DNA of 18,844 bases. Source: Promethearchaeati archaeon (lineage in GTDB: Archaea; Asgardarchaeota; Heimdallarchaeia; JABLTI01). The stretch lies in assembly GCA_013166835.1 (NCBI GenBank), contig JABLTI010000055.1, forward strand, positions 1 through 18,844. Direction: 5' to 3'. Shown one piece after another: positions 1 through 8,294 of this stretch (its first letter is position 1; every line of letters starts with the position of its first letter). The translations under genes were made by a program, and so were the position numbers. Below the pieces are notes generated by a model. That model was given only the letters and a program-made list of their open reading frames with translations. It was not told the DNA's origin and made no database searches.

Positions 1-158
1 TCTACTTTCCATATATAAGCAATAGACTCGTAAGTAATGATTTTATCAGCTTTAGGAATTTCAGGTGAAGATGAGTTAATTTCTAAAGAAAAAGCACCAT
101 ACAAAGAACTAAATAAAAAAAGTAAAATGATGAAAATATTCATTCGGATGCGGTTCAT
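1..158 (-). CDS. 5' part of a probable secreted or membrane-anchored protein (runs off the window)
   Basis: Manual translation from ATG at 158 gives MNRIRMNIFIILLFLFSSLYGAFSLEINSSSPEIPKADKII..., open to the window edge, with a basic N-terminus and hydrophobic stretch like a signal peptide. Confidence 0.6.
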   Translation of the reverse strand, partial: MNRIRMNIFIILLFLFSSLYGAFSLEINSSSPEIPKADKIITYESIAYIWKV

Positions 159-276
159 CTTTTAGACCTTTTGATGTTATTAACTCAAAAATTTTCAAAT
201 CCATTAAAGACATATGAATTCTTATTTGATAACGTTTACTTTAATCTGAAAAATGTATTAAAGGTTCATTCAAAAA

Positions 277-320
277 CGGACTGCTAGCCCTTCAAGAAGA
301 AGTGTGAGTTCTGAGCATCA
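277..320 (+). repeat. Dispersed repeat copy R1 (right part)
   Basis: CGGACTGCTAGCCCTTCAAGAAGAAGTGTGAGTTCTGAGCATCA, nearly identical to 2266-2309. Confidence 0.95.
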
Positions 321-384
321 TTATTTTTTGAAAATCATTTTTGTCACCATAATTTATTTTACTATAAAGCAATAATTATCTAAT

Positions 385-1215
385 ATGGATATTCTTAACG
401 AAATAGAACAGATTGACTCTCAAATTCAGAAAGTAAAAAAAATCCCATCAGATATTGATAATATCTTTTATAGATTAAGAGGACAAGGGGAAGATCGAAA
501 GCTTACATTTTATACTTATAATATAGTTCATAGACTAGCTGTGTCAGCATTCGTTTGGATAGTTATTCTTCTTCTTAATTATGCTGCATTTCATTATGAA
601 AGATTTTTTCTAGGAGTATCTATTTCAGTTATATTAATATTATTAATATTTACACCAATAAGAACTTGGGTTCTAGATTTTAAATCTGACAAAGTTTATT
701 CAATTTTTAAAATTATGTGGATTCCAATAGTAAGAAAAGAATATTCAAAGAAATCATTTTGGAACTCAAAAATAGAAGTAATATTTTATGTATTCTATTA
801 TGAAAAATACATAAGTGAAAAAGAATCTCCTTATGAAATGGAGAAGTATTATGAAAGTCTGTTGTCTATGGAAGAAGATGTGAATTACGCAATAAGAAAC
901 TCAGATTTTGCATTTGTTTATATTACTTTTATGCTTGTGAAGAAAGGTAAGGATAAAGAAATAGAATCTAGTTTACCTAGAGGGAAATTTAGCTTCTTGA
1001 ATACAAGAAAAATAAAGCAACATGAAAATCCCTTTCAAGTAATATTAATGAATTTTTTTACTGAAAAAAGACTAAAATTTCTAAAAGCATTTGTTGAATT
1101 TTTTCCACTTTCAAAACACTATTTAGATGAGAAAGATGGACCTAAAACACATAATCAATTATCCTGTAGTCTTACCAAAACTGAAACACATGTTACTGTT
1201 GAATATGAATATTAG
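385..1215 (+). CDS. Hypothetical membrane protein with two N-proximal TM helices
   Basis: 276-aa ORF with two hydrophobic segments (LAVSAFVWIVILLLNYAAF, FFLGVSISVILILLIFTPI). No family recognised. Confidence 0.75.
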   Translation: MDILNEIEQIDSQIQKVKKIPSDIDNIFYRLRGQGEDRKLTFYTYNIVHRLAVSAFVWIVILLLNYAAFHYERFFLGVSISVILILLIFTPIRTWVLDFKSDKVYSIFKIMWIPIVRKEYSKKSFWNSKIEVIFYVFYYEKYISEKESPYEMEKYYESLLSMEEDVNYAIRNSDFAFVYITFMLVKKGKDKEIESSLPRGKFSFLNTRKIKQHENPFQVILMNFFTEKRLKFLKAFVEFFPLSKHYLDEKDGPKTHNQLSCSLTKTETHVTVEYEY

Positions 1216-1391
1216 ATTTAAAATTTAACACTTCATGTTATTCTATCTGATTATCTACTTTTCAAGTCGTTCTAATATGAAAACATTTGAAAGATTAGTC
1301 ATATACTTTAACCTATCCTTGAAAATTATGAAATAAAAAAAATCAGAAATGAAGTGAAAATTTTTTTCCTTTCTTCCTTTTACTGGTTAGT

Positions 1392-1481
1392 ATTCAAGCT
1401 AGATTTCCCACCAGCATGTACTTACCACTTAAGCGTGACCTTCCCGAAATGGCCTACTAGCCCTGCAAGAAGAAATGTGTG
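1392..1481 (+). repeat. Dispersed repeat copy R2 (long, diverged, alternative tail)
   Basis: Aligns without gaps to R3 at offset 816: CCAGCATGTACTTACCACTTAAGCGTGACCTTCCCGAAATGGCCTACTAGCCCTGCAAGAAGAAATGTG. Confidence 0.9.
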
Positions 1482-1490
1482 CGAGAACTT

Positions 1491-1821
1491 CTATAACAAT
1501 TTTTTTAAAATTTGAATGAGAACAGGAATATCTTTTCCTGGTTTACCAATCATCCTGCTTTCAAGAGCTGTTTGTTTATTCCTGGGATGAAAATGATGTG
1601 GTTTAGAAGAAACATTCCACTTGTCATCATAATTATCATATCTTATTCGATCAAATTTCTTCTGAGAAAATAAAATCTGGTAAGAATATTCATCGAAATC
1701 ATTGTAACGAATGTAAAGTATGAATTAATATGATTTCATAGATCTCTGATAAAAATTGATTAATCAGTAATTCACGAGCGCGTAGAAGCTTTATTCGAGC
1801 ATTAATTTTGGTTTCCCTCAA
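1491..1821 (-). pseudogene. Frameshifted TumE/DUF6516-like toxin gene
   Basis: TTG at 1821 gives MRETKINARIKLLRARELLINQFLSEIYE... and stops at 1699. A second frame from about 1718 reads LYIRYNDFDEYSYQILFSQKKFDRIRYDNYDDKWNVSSKPHHFHP...LIQILKKLL* (TAG 1493-1491), carrying the RYDN...HHxH signature. Not in the ORF track. Confidence 0.65.
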
Positions 1822-1823
1822 TG

Positions 1824-2057
1824 TCAGCTTAGTTTCTTTAGTAAATTCTGAAGTTTCTCCTCTTCACTTACTAATTGCTTCAATTCAATCGCATCATTTT
1901 CAGCTTCTAGTAAGATTCCTTCTTTTGCTTTTTGTAAGAATTCTTCAATTGATTTTTCCTTCCATCTTGAGAGGATATCTTCTATGATTGATTGAATACG
2001 TCTTAGTTTGTAGGTTATTAATTCTTCAGCTACTTCTTTTTTCAAACGTACATCCAT
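1824..2057 (-). CDS. Small helical protein, putative antitoxin of the downstream toxin-like gene
   Basis: 77-aa charged helical ORF whose stop is 2 nt from the start of the toxin-like gene, the usual type II TA layout. Confidence 0.65.
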   Translation of the reverse strand: MDVRLKKEVAEELITYKLRRIQSIIEDILSRWKEKSIEEFLQKAKEGILLEAENDAIELKQLVSEEEKLQNLLKKLS

Positions 2058-2078
2058 TTTTGCTCACTTGTACATCTG

Positions 2079-2096
2079 GTTTATATTTATATAAAC
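2079..2096 (-). promoter_or_regulatory. TATA-like box within an 8-2-8 inverted repeat (possible autoregulatory operator of the TA pair)
   Basis: GTTTATAT-TT-ATATAAAC lies 22-39 nt upstream of ATG 2057. It is AT-rich, so chance is possible. Confidence 0.4.
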
Positions 2097-2207
2097 TATT
2101 CTTAAATATGTTTTATTTGGTTTTCAAGATGGTGACTGTTACGTGTGTTGTTGGACGAAGGTTCCAATACAAGATCGGTTTGAAAGGTTGTGGTGTACGC
2201 GTCGAGT

Positions 2208-2310
2208 CTTCGGGCGGGATGCTCAACCAGCAGGTCCTTCCCTCTTAAGCGTGTCTTTCCCGAACCGGTCTGCTAGCCCTTCAAGAAGAAGTGTGAGTCC
2301 TGAGCATCAA
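2208..2310 (+). repeat. Dispersed repeat copy R3 (most complete, with internal inverted repeats)
   Basis: CTTCGGGCGGGATGCTCAACCAGCAGGTCCTTCCCTCTTAAGCGTGTCTTTCCCGAACCGGTCTGCTAGCCCTTCAAGAAGAAGTGTGAGTCCTGAGCATCAA. GATGCTCA (2218-2225) is the reverse complement of TGAGCATC (2301-2308). Confidence 0.97.
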
Positions 2311-2316
2311 TCATTA

Positions 2317-3153
2317 CTAAATTTTCTTTTTCACTGGAACAGGTCTAATGTTTTTACTGGATTTGGAACTTGTTTTAGACTTCTTTGAAACTGGTTTCTT
2401 TTTCACCACTGGTTTAGGTTTAAGAGAGCTACTTGTTGTTGTTTTCCTTTTTGTAGTATGAACTCTACTTGGTTTAGATGATACAGTTGATCTTGGAGGT
2501 AATTTTGGAACTACTTTCTTTTGCTTTGGTTTTGTAGTTGTGCTTCTTACTTTAGGCTTGCTAGATGAAACTTGGCTTCTTGATTTCACCTTAATTGGTT
2601 TCTTTACACTAGTTTTCTTCTTCACATGTAGTTTACTAACTTGACTTCTTGGCTTTACCTGAGATGATTTTGAGGAAGTTTTAGTTGACAATTTAGAAAT
2701 CGGTTTAGCAGGTCTTTTTTGAGTTGTTGTTATCTTTACTTGTTTTTTCATCGGTCTAGCTAATGTTGGTCGTTGACCAGGCTTTCTAGAACTAGGTTTA
2801 GATTTGATTCTCCCAACTGTTCTTGAAACCCTAACTTTGCTTTTCTTCTTTTTAGAATTCAACTCTTTGATCCGAATAATAGCATATCCTGCTTCCTCTC
2901 TAACTTTATCATCTCTATCTTTGTTTAAAGCAAGCTTCAAAGAAGCTAATGCTCTAGTATCTCCAATTTTTGCTAATGCTTTTGCAGAATTCTTTCTAAC
3001 ATATCTATCTGGATCTGATTTTAAAACAGAAACTAATGCCCCTACAGCTCTTTTGTTACCTGACTCTCCTAGATTCCAAGCTGCTTTCTTGCGCACTCCG
3101 ATATCCTTACTTCTCAAATTTTGAATTTCTTTTTCAATGGAAACTTTTTGCAT
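2317..3153 (-). CDS. HEAT-repeat (PBS lyase-like) protein with a long Lys/Ser/Pro-rich basic tail
   Basis: The first ~95 aa have VRKKAAWNLG / VRKNSAKALAKIG / VREEAGYAI repeats. The remaining ~180 aa are low-complexity K/S/P/T/V. Confidence 0.85.
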   Translation of the reverse strand: MQKVSIEKEIQNLRSKDIGVRKKAAWNLGESGNKRAVGALVSVLKSDPDRYVRKNSAKALAKIGDTRALASLKLALNKDRDDKVREEAGYAIIRIKELNSKKKKSKVRVSRTVGRIKSKPSSRKPGQRPTLARPMKKQVKITTTQKRPAKPISKLSTKTSSKSSQVKPRSQVSKLHVKKKTSVKKPIKVKSRSQVSSSKPKVRSTTTKPKQKKVVPKLPPRSTVSSKPSRVHTTKRKTTTSSSLKPKPVVKKKPVSKKSKTSSKSSKNIRPVPVKKKI

Positions 3154-3263
3154 TTGTATCCACCAGTAAGTGAGATCCCCAACTATCTTTTGTATTGCGC
3201 ATCACCTATTTTATTGTAACTGAATGACCATTATCTGAGTATGGCAATTTGCATGATGGTTGG

Positions 3264-3293
3264 TTAAAGAAGAAGTATGAGTCCTATGCAGCA
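3264..3293 (+). repeat. Dispersed repeat copy R4 (short, diverged right end)
   Basis: TTAAAGAAGAAGTATGAGTCCTATGCAGCA versus consensus TTCAAGAAGAAGTGTGAGTCCTGAGCATCA. Confidence 0.8.
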
Positions 3294-3464
3294 AAATTTG
3301 ATATATTTAGATAATTGTGATTTTAGTCTAGGCTCAATTCAATTGATTAGAAAACTGTAAGAACTTTTTCCATAATAACTAAAAAAGAAAACAAAAATCG
3401 AAAGAAGTGTATTTGAAGACTAACAAATACTAAACTTCTTTTCATTTTCACTAAAAATACTGTA

Positions 3465-4115
3465 CTATAATTTACTAGATATTTCTTTTAACGTCTCTAA
3501 GATTTTGGACAGCAAATCCTCCTCATCAAGTGAAGATGCTATTTCAGTATCAGCAGTAATTGCTGCCTGTCCTTTCATTTTAGAAAGAATACCTCGAATC
3601 TTATCAGTGTAACTACTAACATCCATTACACCTTCAAGTCTTTGTTCTGGATGAGATTTATCTCCACCTTGACCAGCAGTTTCAATATTGATGGTTCCAA
3701 AATTATTACCACCAATAATTCGATCAAGAATACCTCTACGCATAACAAAATTTGTTATGTTTCGATAAGGGACGATTTTAGTTCTTTTGATTAAAAATCC
3801 TCTATTAACTATAATTTCTTGGGTTGTTAATGCATAATTAATTGAATTGTAGTATGGAAATATAAAAATTATTCCAATAATATAAACTGGTACCATTACT
3901 CCCGCGGTAATGCTACTAAAAAGAACCACTACACGCGTGACATCTTTCGCTTCCAAAATTATAGAGATACAGGATGCTACAATGATTGCTATCATTGCTA
4001 TCCAAATTAATGTCCATAAAATTATCATTTTTGTAATAAATTTTCTATCTGGTAGGAATTCATCTAAAACTTTCTGTTTTCCTACTCCAAAGATTTCAGT
4101 TTTGTTTTCAGTCAT
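3465..4115 (-). CDS. Membrane protein with a bacterial PH domain (bPH_2 / YdbS-like)
   Basis: Two TM helices followed by YALTTQEIIVNRGFL...VPYRNITN...RGILDRIIG...GTINIETAG, the typical bPH_2 pattern. Confidence 0.85.
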   Translation of the reverse strand: MTENKTEIFGVGKQKVLDEFLPDRKFITKMIILWTLIWIAMIAIIVASCISIILEAKDVTRVVVLFSSITAGVMVPVYIIGIIFIFPYYNSINYALTTQEIIVNRGFLIKRTKIVPYRNITNFVMRRGILDRIIGGNNFGTINIETAGQGGDKSHPEQRLEGVMDVSSYTDKIRGILSKMKGQAAITADTEIASSLDEEDLLSKILETLKEISSKL

Positions 4116-4174
4116 TTTATATCTATGATGATATTTCCTAATCTGAAATATAAGTCATTTTGAAAAGTAGACTT

Positions 4175-4188
4175 GTCAAACTCTTGAC
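4175..4188. promoter_or_regulatory. Palindrome GTCAA-N4-TTGAC in the divergent promoter, candidate operator
   Basis: Inverted repeat between the divergent starts at 4115 and 4281. The adjacent gene has an ArsR-like wHTH. A second palindrome, TCCTTA-T-TAAGGA, lies at 4206-4218. Confidence 0.35.
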
Positions 4189-4280
4189 TAGTTCTGTTGT
4201 CTTAATCCTTATTAAGGAAAAGACCTTTTGTCAATCATCTCCTATATTTCTAATCTTTACTAGTTACTAAGGGATTAACG

Positions 4281-5222
4281 ATGCAAGATACCGAACTATC
4301 TGTTGAATCAGAATATGTGCTTCGAGCAATTTCACATGAACTTCGACGGAAAATGCTGTTTCTAATTCGAGATAATACAAGTCAGAGTTACACTGAACTT
4401 TTAAGGAAGCTATGGCTTTCAACTGGTAAATTAAACTTCCATCTCAAGCAATTAACAGGGATTATAGAAAAGCAAGAAGATGGCTTTTATGTTTTAACCA
4501 AAATTGGAGAGCAAGCTGTTAATATTCTCGAGCAAATTAATTCAATGAGTGAGAATAAAGAACAAGTTGAGATTCTGAAAAAAATCAGTATTAGTACTTC
4601 ACTCAAACAATTTAACCCCGCACCTGAGATAAAACGTAAATGGTATTTTTGGGCTATAGTAATTTATCTTTTTGCTATTTGGTGTCCTGTGATAGTAACT
4701 GTGAGTGTTTTAGATTTGAATTTCCTCAATGTACTCCAAACAGGCAAAGCTTCGTTAAGGATTCTGGCCAATGATGGAGTACTCACAGGTATAATATTGC
4801 TGCTTATATTTCTGACTTGTTTTCTCTTAGCGAAATATCATAAAACAATATCATATGAAATACTTGATACCGAGATTGCGATTGTTAAAGGATTATTTGT
4901 GAAAACTCGAGCAATCATACCATTCAGAACTATAACAAATCTTGTGATTAAACAGGGACCAATTGATCTTCTCTTAGGTATTTCTGAAGTTATAATACAA
5001 ACAGCTGGTGAATCAGCAAAAGCAGAAGCTGAGGGAAAGATTGTAGGTATGTATTATGCAGAAGATTTAATTGAAGAGATTTTAAATCTAGTTAGACTTC
5101 TAGATCCACCAACCTATTTACGAGATAAAGTACCATTAACAAAGTCACCAAAGAATATAACTGCAATTTACTCACAGATTCTATCAGAGCTGCAAAAAAT
5201 AGATGAGAAGTTAACAGAGTAA
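4281..5222 (+). CDS. ArsR-like winged-HTH + 2 TM + bPH_2 fusion protein
   Basis: N-terminal AISHELRRKML...SYTELL...STGKLNFHLKQL...YVLTKIG wHTH, two TM helices, then IPFRTITN...QGPIDLLLG...IQTAG bPH_2. Confidence 0.85.
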   Translation: MQDTELSVESEYVLRAISHELRRKMLFLIRDNTSQSYTELLRKLWLSTGKLNFHLKQLTGIIEKQEDGFYVLTKIGEQAVNILEQINSMSENKEQVEILKKISISTSLKQFNPAPEIKRKWYFWAIVIYLFAIWCPVIVTVSVLDLNFLNVLQTGKASLRILANDGVLTGIILLLIFLTCFLLAKYHKTISYEILDTEIAIVKGLFVKTRAIIPFRTITNLVIKQGPIDLLLGISEVIIQTAGESAKAEAEGKIVGMYYAEDLIEEILNLVRLLDPPTYLRDKVPLTKSPKNITAIYSQILSELQKIDEKLTE

Positions 5223-5225
5223 TCA

Positions 5226-5255
5226 TGAAGAAGAAGTGTGTGACCTGAGCATCAA
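5226..5255 (+). repeat. Dispersed repeat copy R5 (right end)
   Basis: TGAAGAAGAAGTGTGTGACCTGAGCATCAA begins a few nt after the stop of 4281..5222 and is followed by a T-tract. Confidence 0.88.
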
Positions 5256-5678
5256 TATTTTTTGATTTTTTATAAAGTTATCTTTCAGCAAGTTTAGTGA
5301 AAGGGTTTAAAAAAAGGAATATTTCACATAATATTGGAAGCTTTATAATCACAGAGAAAAGCTTGTTACACACTGTCTGGAGGACAACTGAAATAATGAT
5401 TGACATGGATTTTTTATTAGTTCAAACAAGAAAGCAGCAAAACCTCTTGATTATTGTGAGATTCTAGTGGCAAGACAGCTCCTAAACTAACTTCCTATCT
5501 TGAGGGATTTGTCGGTTTTAATTTGGGTTAATCAAAGAAGTTGGATTGAACGTTCTGTCTATTTGGTTTTTTTAAGAACCTTGAGATATTGCTAGATATG
5601 TTGCCATTATTGGTTCTTTTTCAAAACTAAGCAAGAACATCTCCTAACTGTTGAATTAATCCCCAATATTATTCCAGT

Positions 5679-6767
5679 TTGGAGAGTGAAAGAAATTTGG
5701 CTAAAATAAAAGAAAAAACAAAAAAAGTTAGTGATTTCAAAGAAAATAATGAACTAGATGATGGAAAAGAACAAGAATCCATTATTGTTGTAGATGAAGT
5801 ATTTGATATTCTCCGTGTCGAGGATATTGAAAAGGTTGATCGAATAAAAGCTACCAAGAAAATAAAAGGAGTAACTCGAACAACTCGAGCAGTGGAACGA
5901 CCTGAAAAACTAATGATATCAAGAGCTAGTAATAAATATTACACAGCAGAAGATTTCGATCCATCCTTTATGCCAATGCAAGAGCAAGAAATAGATTATC
6001 AAAAACTTAGAAGTGAATTGATAAACTATAGAGCAGTTACTGACTTGGTAGCTGAGATCAACTCCGGTAAAGAAGCATCCATCTATTCTGCTCATCTAAA
6101 TGGTGCACCACTCATTGTGAAAATGTTCAGATTGCAACTAACATCACATAACAAAGCTAAAAGACGTCGTGTTGGTAATCCACTTACAAGAGCAACATCC
6201 TATGCGGAAACGGAATATTTCTTCATGAGCAAAGCATACAGAGCAGGACTTAATGTTCCAACTCCCGCAATGAAGATAAACAATATCATCCTTATGCAAT
6301 TCATTGGAACAGATTGGGCTCCAGCACCACAATTGAGAAAAGTGATCCTAGAAGAACCTGAACTAATGTTCGACAAGATTGTAGAACAACTCAAAATAAT
6401 GTATCAGAAAGCTAAACTAATACATGGTGATTTCTCAGAATATAATATACTGGTACATGAGAATAAACCAATTATTATAGACTTTCCACAAGCAATTGAT
6501 ATGAGCTTAGTTGGTAATCGCAGTGAAAATAGAATAAACAGTCATTTACAGGTATTACAGAAAGACATTCAAACAATCATAAATTACTTTGAGAAACAAT
6601 ACAACCTACAAGCTAGTTTTAAAGAAATATATCGATACGTTGCTGGTTTCGATGCTAGAAGAGAAAGAATAGATTTTACTATAGAAGAGATTGAGGAACA
6701 AATCAAACTACAGAAAATGATGGTACCAAGAGCAGAATTAGGAGATTTAGATGTACGAGGTAAGTAG
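5679..6767 (+). CDS. rio1: RIO1-family atypical Ser/Thr kinase
   Basis: SGKEASIY P-loop, GLNVPTP, ILMQFIG, LIHGDFSEYNIL catalytic loop and IIDFPQA motifs. The TTG start is uncertain. Confidence 0.9.
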   Translation: MESERNLAKIKEKTKKVSDFKENNELDDGKEQESIIVVDEVFDILRVEDIEKVDRIKATKKIKGVTRTTRAVERPEKLMISRASNKYYTAEDFDPSFMPMQEQEIDYQKLRSELINYRAVTDLVAEINSGKEASIYSAHLNGAPLIVKMFRLQLTSHNKAKRRRVGNPLTRATSYAETEYFFMSKAYRAGLNVPTPAMKINNIILMQFIGTDWAPAPQLRKVILEEPELMFDKIVEQLKIMYQKAKLIHGDFSEYNILVHENKPIIIDFPQAIDMSLVGNRSENRINSHLQVLQKDIQTIINYFEKQYNLQASFKEIYRYVAGFDARRERIDFTIEEIEEQIKLQKMMVPRAELGDLDVRGK

Positions 6768-6827
6768 CCAAAATCCTCACACTTTTTACATTAGATTATT
6801 CTTTCTCCTCAATATTTTTTTCAAAAA

Positions 6828-6860
6828 AGGATTTCTAACCTTTAAAGAAAAAGTGTGAGT
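6828..6860 (+). repeat. Dispersed repeat copy R6 (diverged, alternative tail)
   Basis: CTAACCTTTAAAGAAAAAGTGTGAGT aligns without gaps to CTAGCCCTTCAAGAAGAAGTGTGAGT. Confidence 0.7.
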
Positions 6861-6947
6861 AGAGACTCTATTTTTTTATTGAGATTTTATAAATTCTTAA
6901 TAACTGATAAGAGAATGATATAGCTAAAGTTATTGGAGTAAAAATCA

Positions 6948-7187
6948 ATGAATTCTGAATTTGGGACTGCATTAAGGATTAAGCTTCTTAAAGAAGAATT
7001 TTTACGTCTAATCAAATTATCTCAGAGGGAAATTATATATAGAGTGAAAAAAACGCACCTATTTGCTTTTGATGGTTTTGTATTTTATTGTGAAGAATGT
7101 GAGGATAGAGATTTCGATACTGTAATCGTTGGTTCAGAATTATCAAATATAACATGGTTCTTTGAAAAGGATAGAAAGAAAAAATAA
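6948..7187 (+). CDS. Small hypothetical protein
   Basis: 79-aa ORF with GGAG upstream and one CxxC (CEEC). It is the only ORF between R6 and R7. Confidence 0.6.
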   Translation: MNSEFGTALRIKLLKEEFLRLIKLSQREIIYRVKKTHLFAFDGFVFYCEECEDRDFDTVIVGSELSNITWFFEKDRKKK

Positions 7188-7206
7188 TAATACTTCATTC
7201 ATTCTT

Positions 7207-7309
7207 CTTCAAGCGAATAGTTTAGCAGGTAGGTATTTCCTGTTTCAGCGTGTCCTTCCCGAACCGGACTTCTAGACCTTAAAGAGGAAGTTTGAGTCCT
7301 GAGCATCAA
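7207..7309 (+). repeat. Dispersed repeat copy R7 (full length, left part diverged)
   Basis: Same length as R3 with no gaps: ...AGCGTGTCCTTCCCGAACCGGACTTCTAGACCTTAAAGAGGAAGTTTGAGTCCTGAGCATCAA. Confidence 0.93.
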
Positions 7310-7407
7310 TTGTTTTTCTTATGTGAAAACTATGATAGCATTTTGAATTTTTAAGAACAATCAATGCCAAAACTAATTACATGGTTAAATTAGATAAGAA
7401 GTGAGGT

Positions 7408-8250
7408 ATGCTGATGGATTTAGAACTTGAAGGAAAAGTAGCACTCATAACTGGTGCTTCTGGTGGTATTGGTGCGGCTACAGCTCGGGTACTTGCTGCA
7501 GAAGGTGTTGATGTTATTGTTCATTACAATAGTAGTGAAACTAGAGCTAAAAAATTAACTAATGAATTAGGCACAAACGCTCTCAGTATTCAAGCAGATC
7601 TCTCGAGTGAACATCAAGTTCTTGAAATGTTTGAAGAAATTGAGAAGCAAAAGGGTAGAATTGATATCCTAATTTGTAATGCAGCTATCTGGCCTGAAGA
7701 TTACACTGAAATTGAAAAAATGACTTTGGAGAGATGGAAAAATACTATGACTATCGATCTTGATAGTGTCTTCCTTTGTTGTCGCTCTTTTATACAACAG
7801 CTTCGAAAATTTGATGGTGATTCAGCTAGTATTGTTATTGTAGGTTCTACTTCTGCAGTTTTTGGAGCAGCCGGTCATGCTGATTATTCTGTAGCAAAAG
7901 CCGCAATAAGTTATGGATTAACTAGAAGCTTAAAAAATGAGATTATTAATGTTGTAAGATTAGGTAGAGTTAATGCTGTCTGTCCAGGGTGGACTGTCTC
8001 TCCAATGTCAGAAAAATATCTTGATGACGAAGAAGGTATAAAACACATTTTAAAAACTGTTCCAATGAAAAAGATTGCCGAATCAGAAGATATTGCAAAT
8101 ATGATTACAGTCTTGGCATCGGATAAATTATCAGGTCATATTTCAGGCGAGATCATTACAATTGCAGGTGGTATGGAAGGTCGAGCTTTACATCTTCCAG
8201 AAGAAATTGATTTCTCGAAAGCTTATAAAAGAAAAAAAAGAGAATCTTGA
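7408..8250 (+). CDS. SDR-family NAD(P)-dependent oxidoreductase
   Basis: TGASGGIG Rossmann motif, CNAA, YSVAK catalytic motif and VNAVCPG. GAGGT lies upstream, and the true start may be ATG 7414. Confidence 0.93.
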   Translation: MLMDLELEGKVALITGASGGIGAATARVLAAEGVDVIVHYNSSETRAKKLTNELGTNALSIQADLSSEHQVLEMFEEIEKQKGRIDILICNAAIWPEDYTEIEKMTLERWKNTMTIDLDSVFLCCRSFIQQLRKFDGDSASIVIVGSTSAVFGAAGHADYSVAKAAISYGLTRSLKNEIINVVRLGRVNAVCPGWTVSPMSEKYLDDEEGIKHILKTVPMKKIAESEDIANMITVLASDKLSGHISGEIITIAGGMEGRALHLPEEIDFSKAYKRKKRES

Positions 8251-8260
8251 CGAATTTACT

Positions 8261-8294
8261 CCCCATCAAGAAGAAGTGTGAGTCCTGAGCATTA
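8261..8294 (+). repeat. Dispersed repeat copy R8 (right end; last 3 nt are the stop of the next gene)
   Basis: CCCCATCAAGAAGAAGTGTGAGTCCTGAGCATTA. TTA at 8292-8294 is the TAA stop of 8292..9188(-). Confidence 0.93.

Noticed and set aside
2255-2280. Group II intron domain V resemblance (minus-strand GCAG(T/A)CCGGTTCGGGAAAG)
   Set aside because: The 5' arm with the AGC/CGC catalytic triad and the GNRA-capped stem are absent, so only half of the motif resembles DV.
2221-2305. Canonical integron attC (GCTCAAC at 2221-2227 matches RYYYAAC)
   Set aside because: The partner site is CCTGAGC rather than GTTRRRY, and the AAC is not conserved in R2, R7, R10 or R14.
2218-2308. MITE bounded by 8-bp terminal inverted repeats
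   Set aside because: Homology between copies extends beyond the left inverted repeat, no target-site duplication is visible, and strict co-orientation is not expected for a MITE.
2290-2308. C/D-box sRNA interpretation (CTGA next to a terminal stem)
   Set aside because: There is no RTGATGA C box after the 5' stem.
2282-2309. Minus-strand mini-ORF MLRTHTSS* starting at the TGATG overlap in the repeat end
   Set aside because: It is only 8 codons and is lost in copies with alternative tails. There is no evidence for translation without ribosome profiling.
1988-2388. ORFs 1988..2248 and 2143..2388 (+)
   Set aside because: They run through the non-coding repeat and overlap real minus-strand genes, and the frame is not preserved in other copies.
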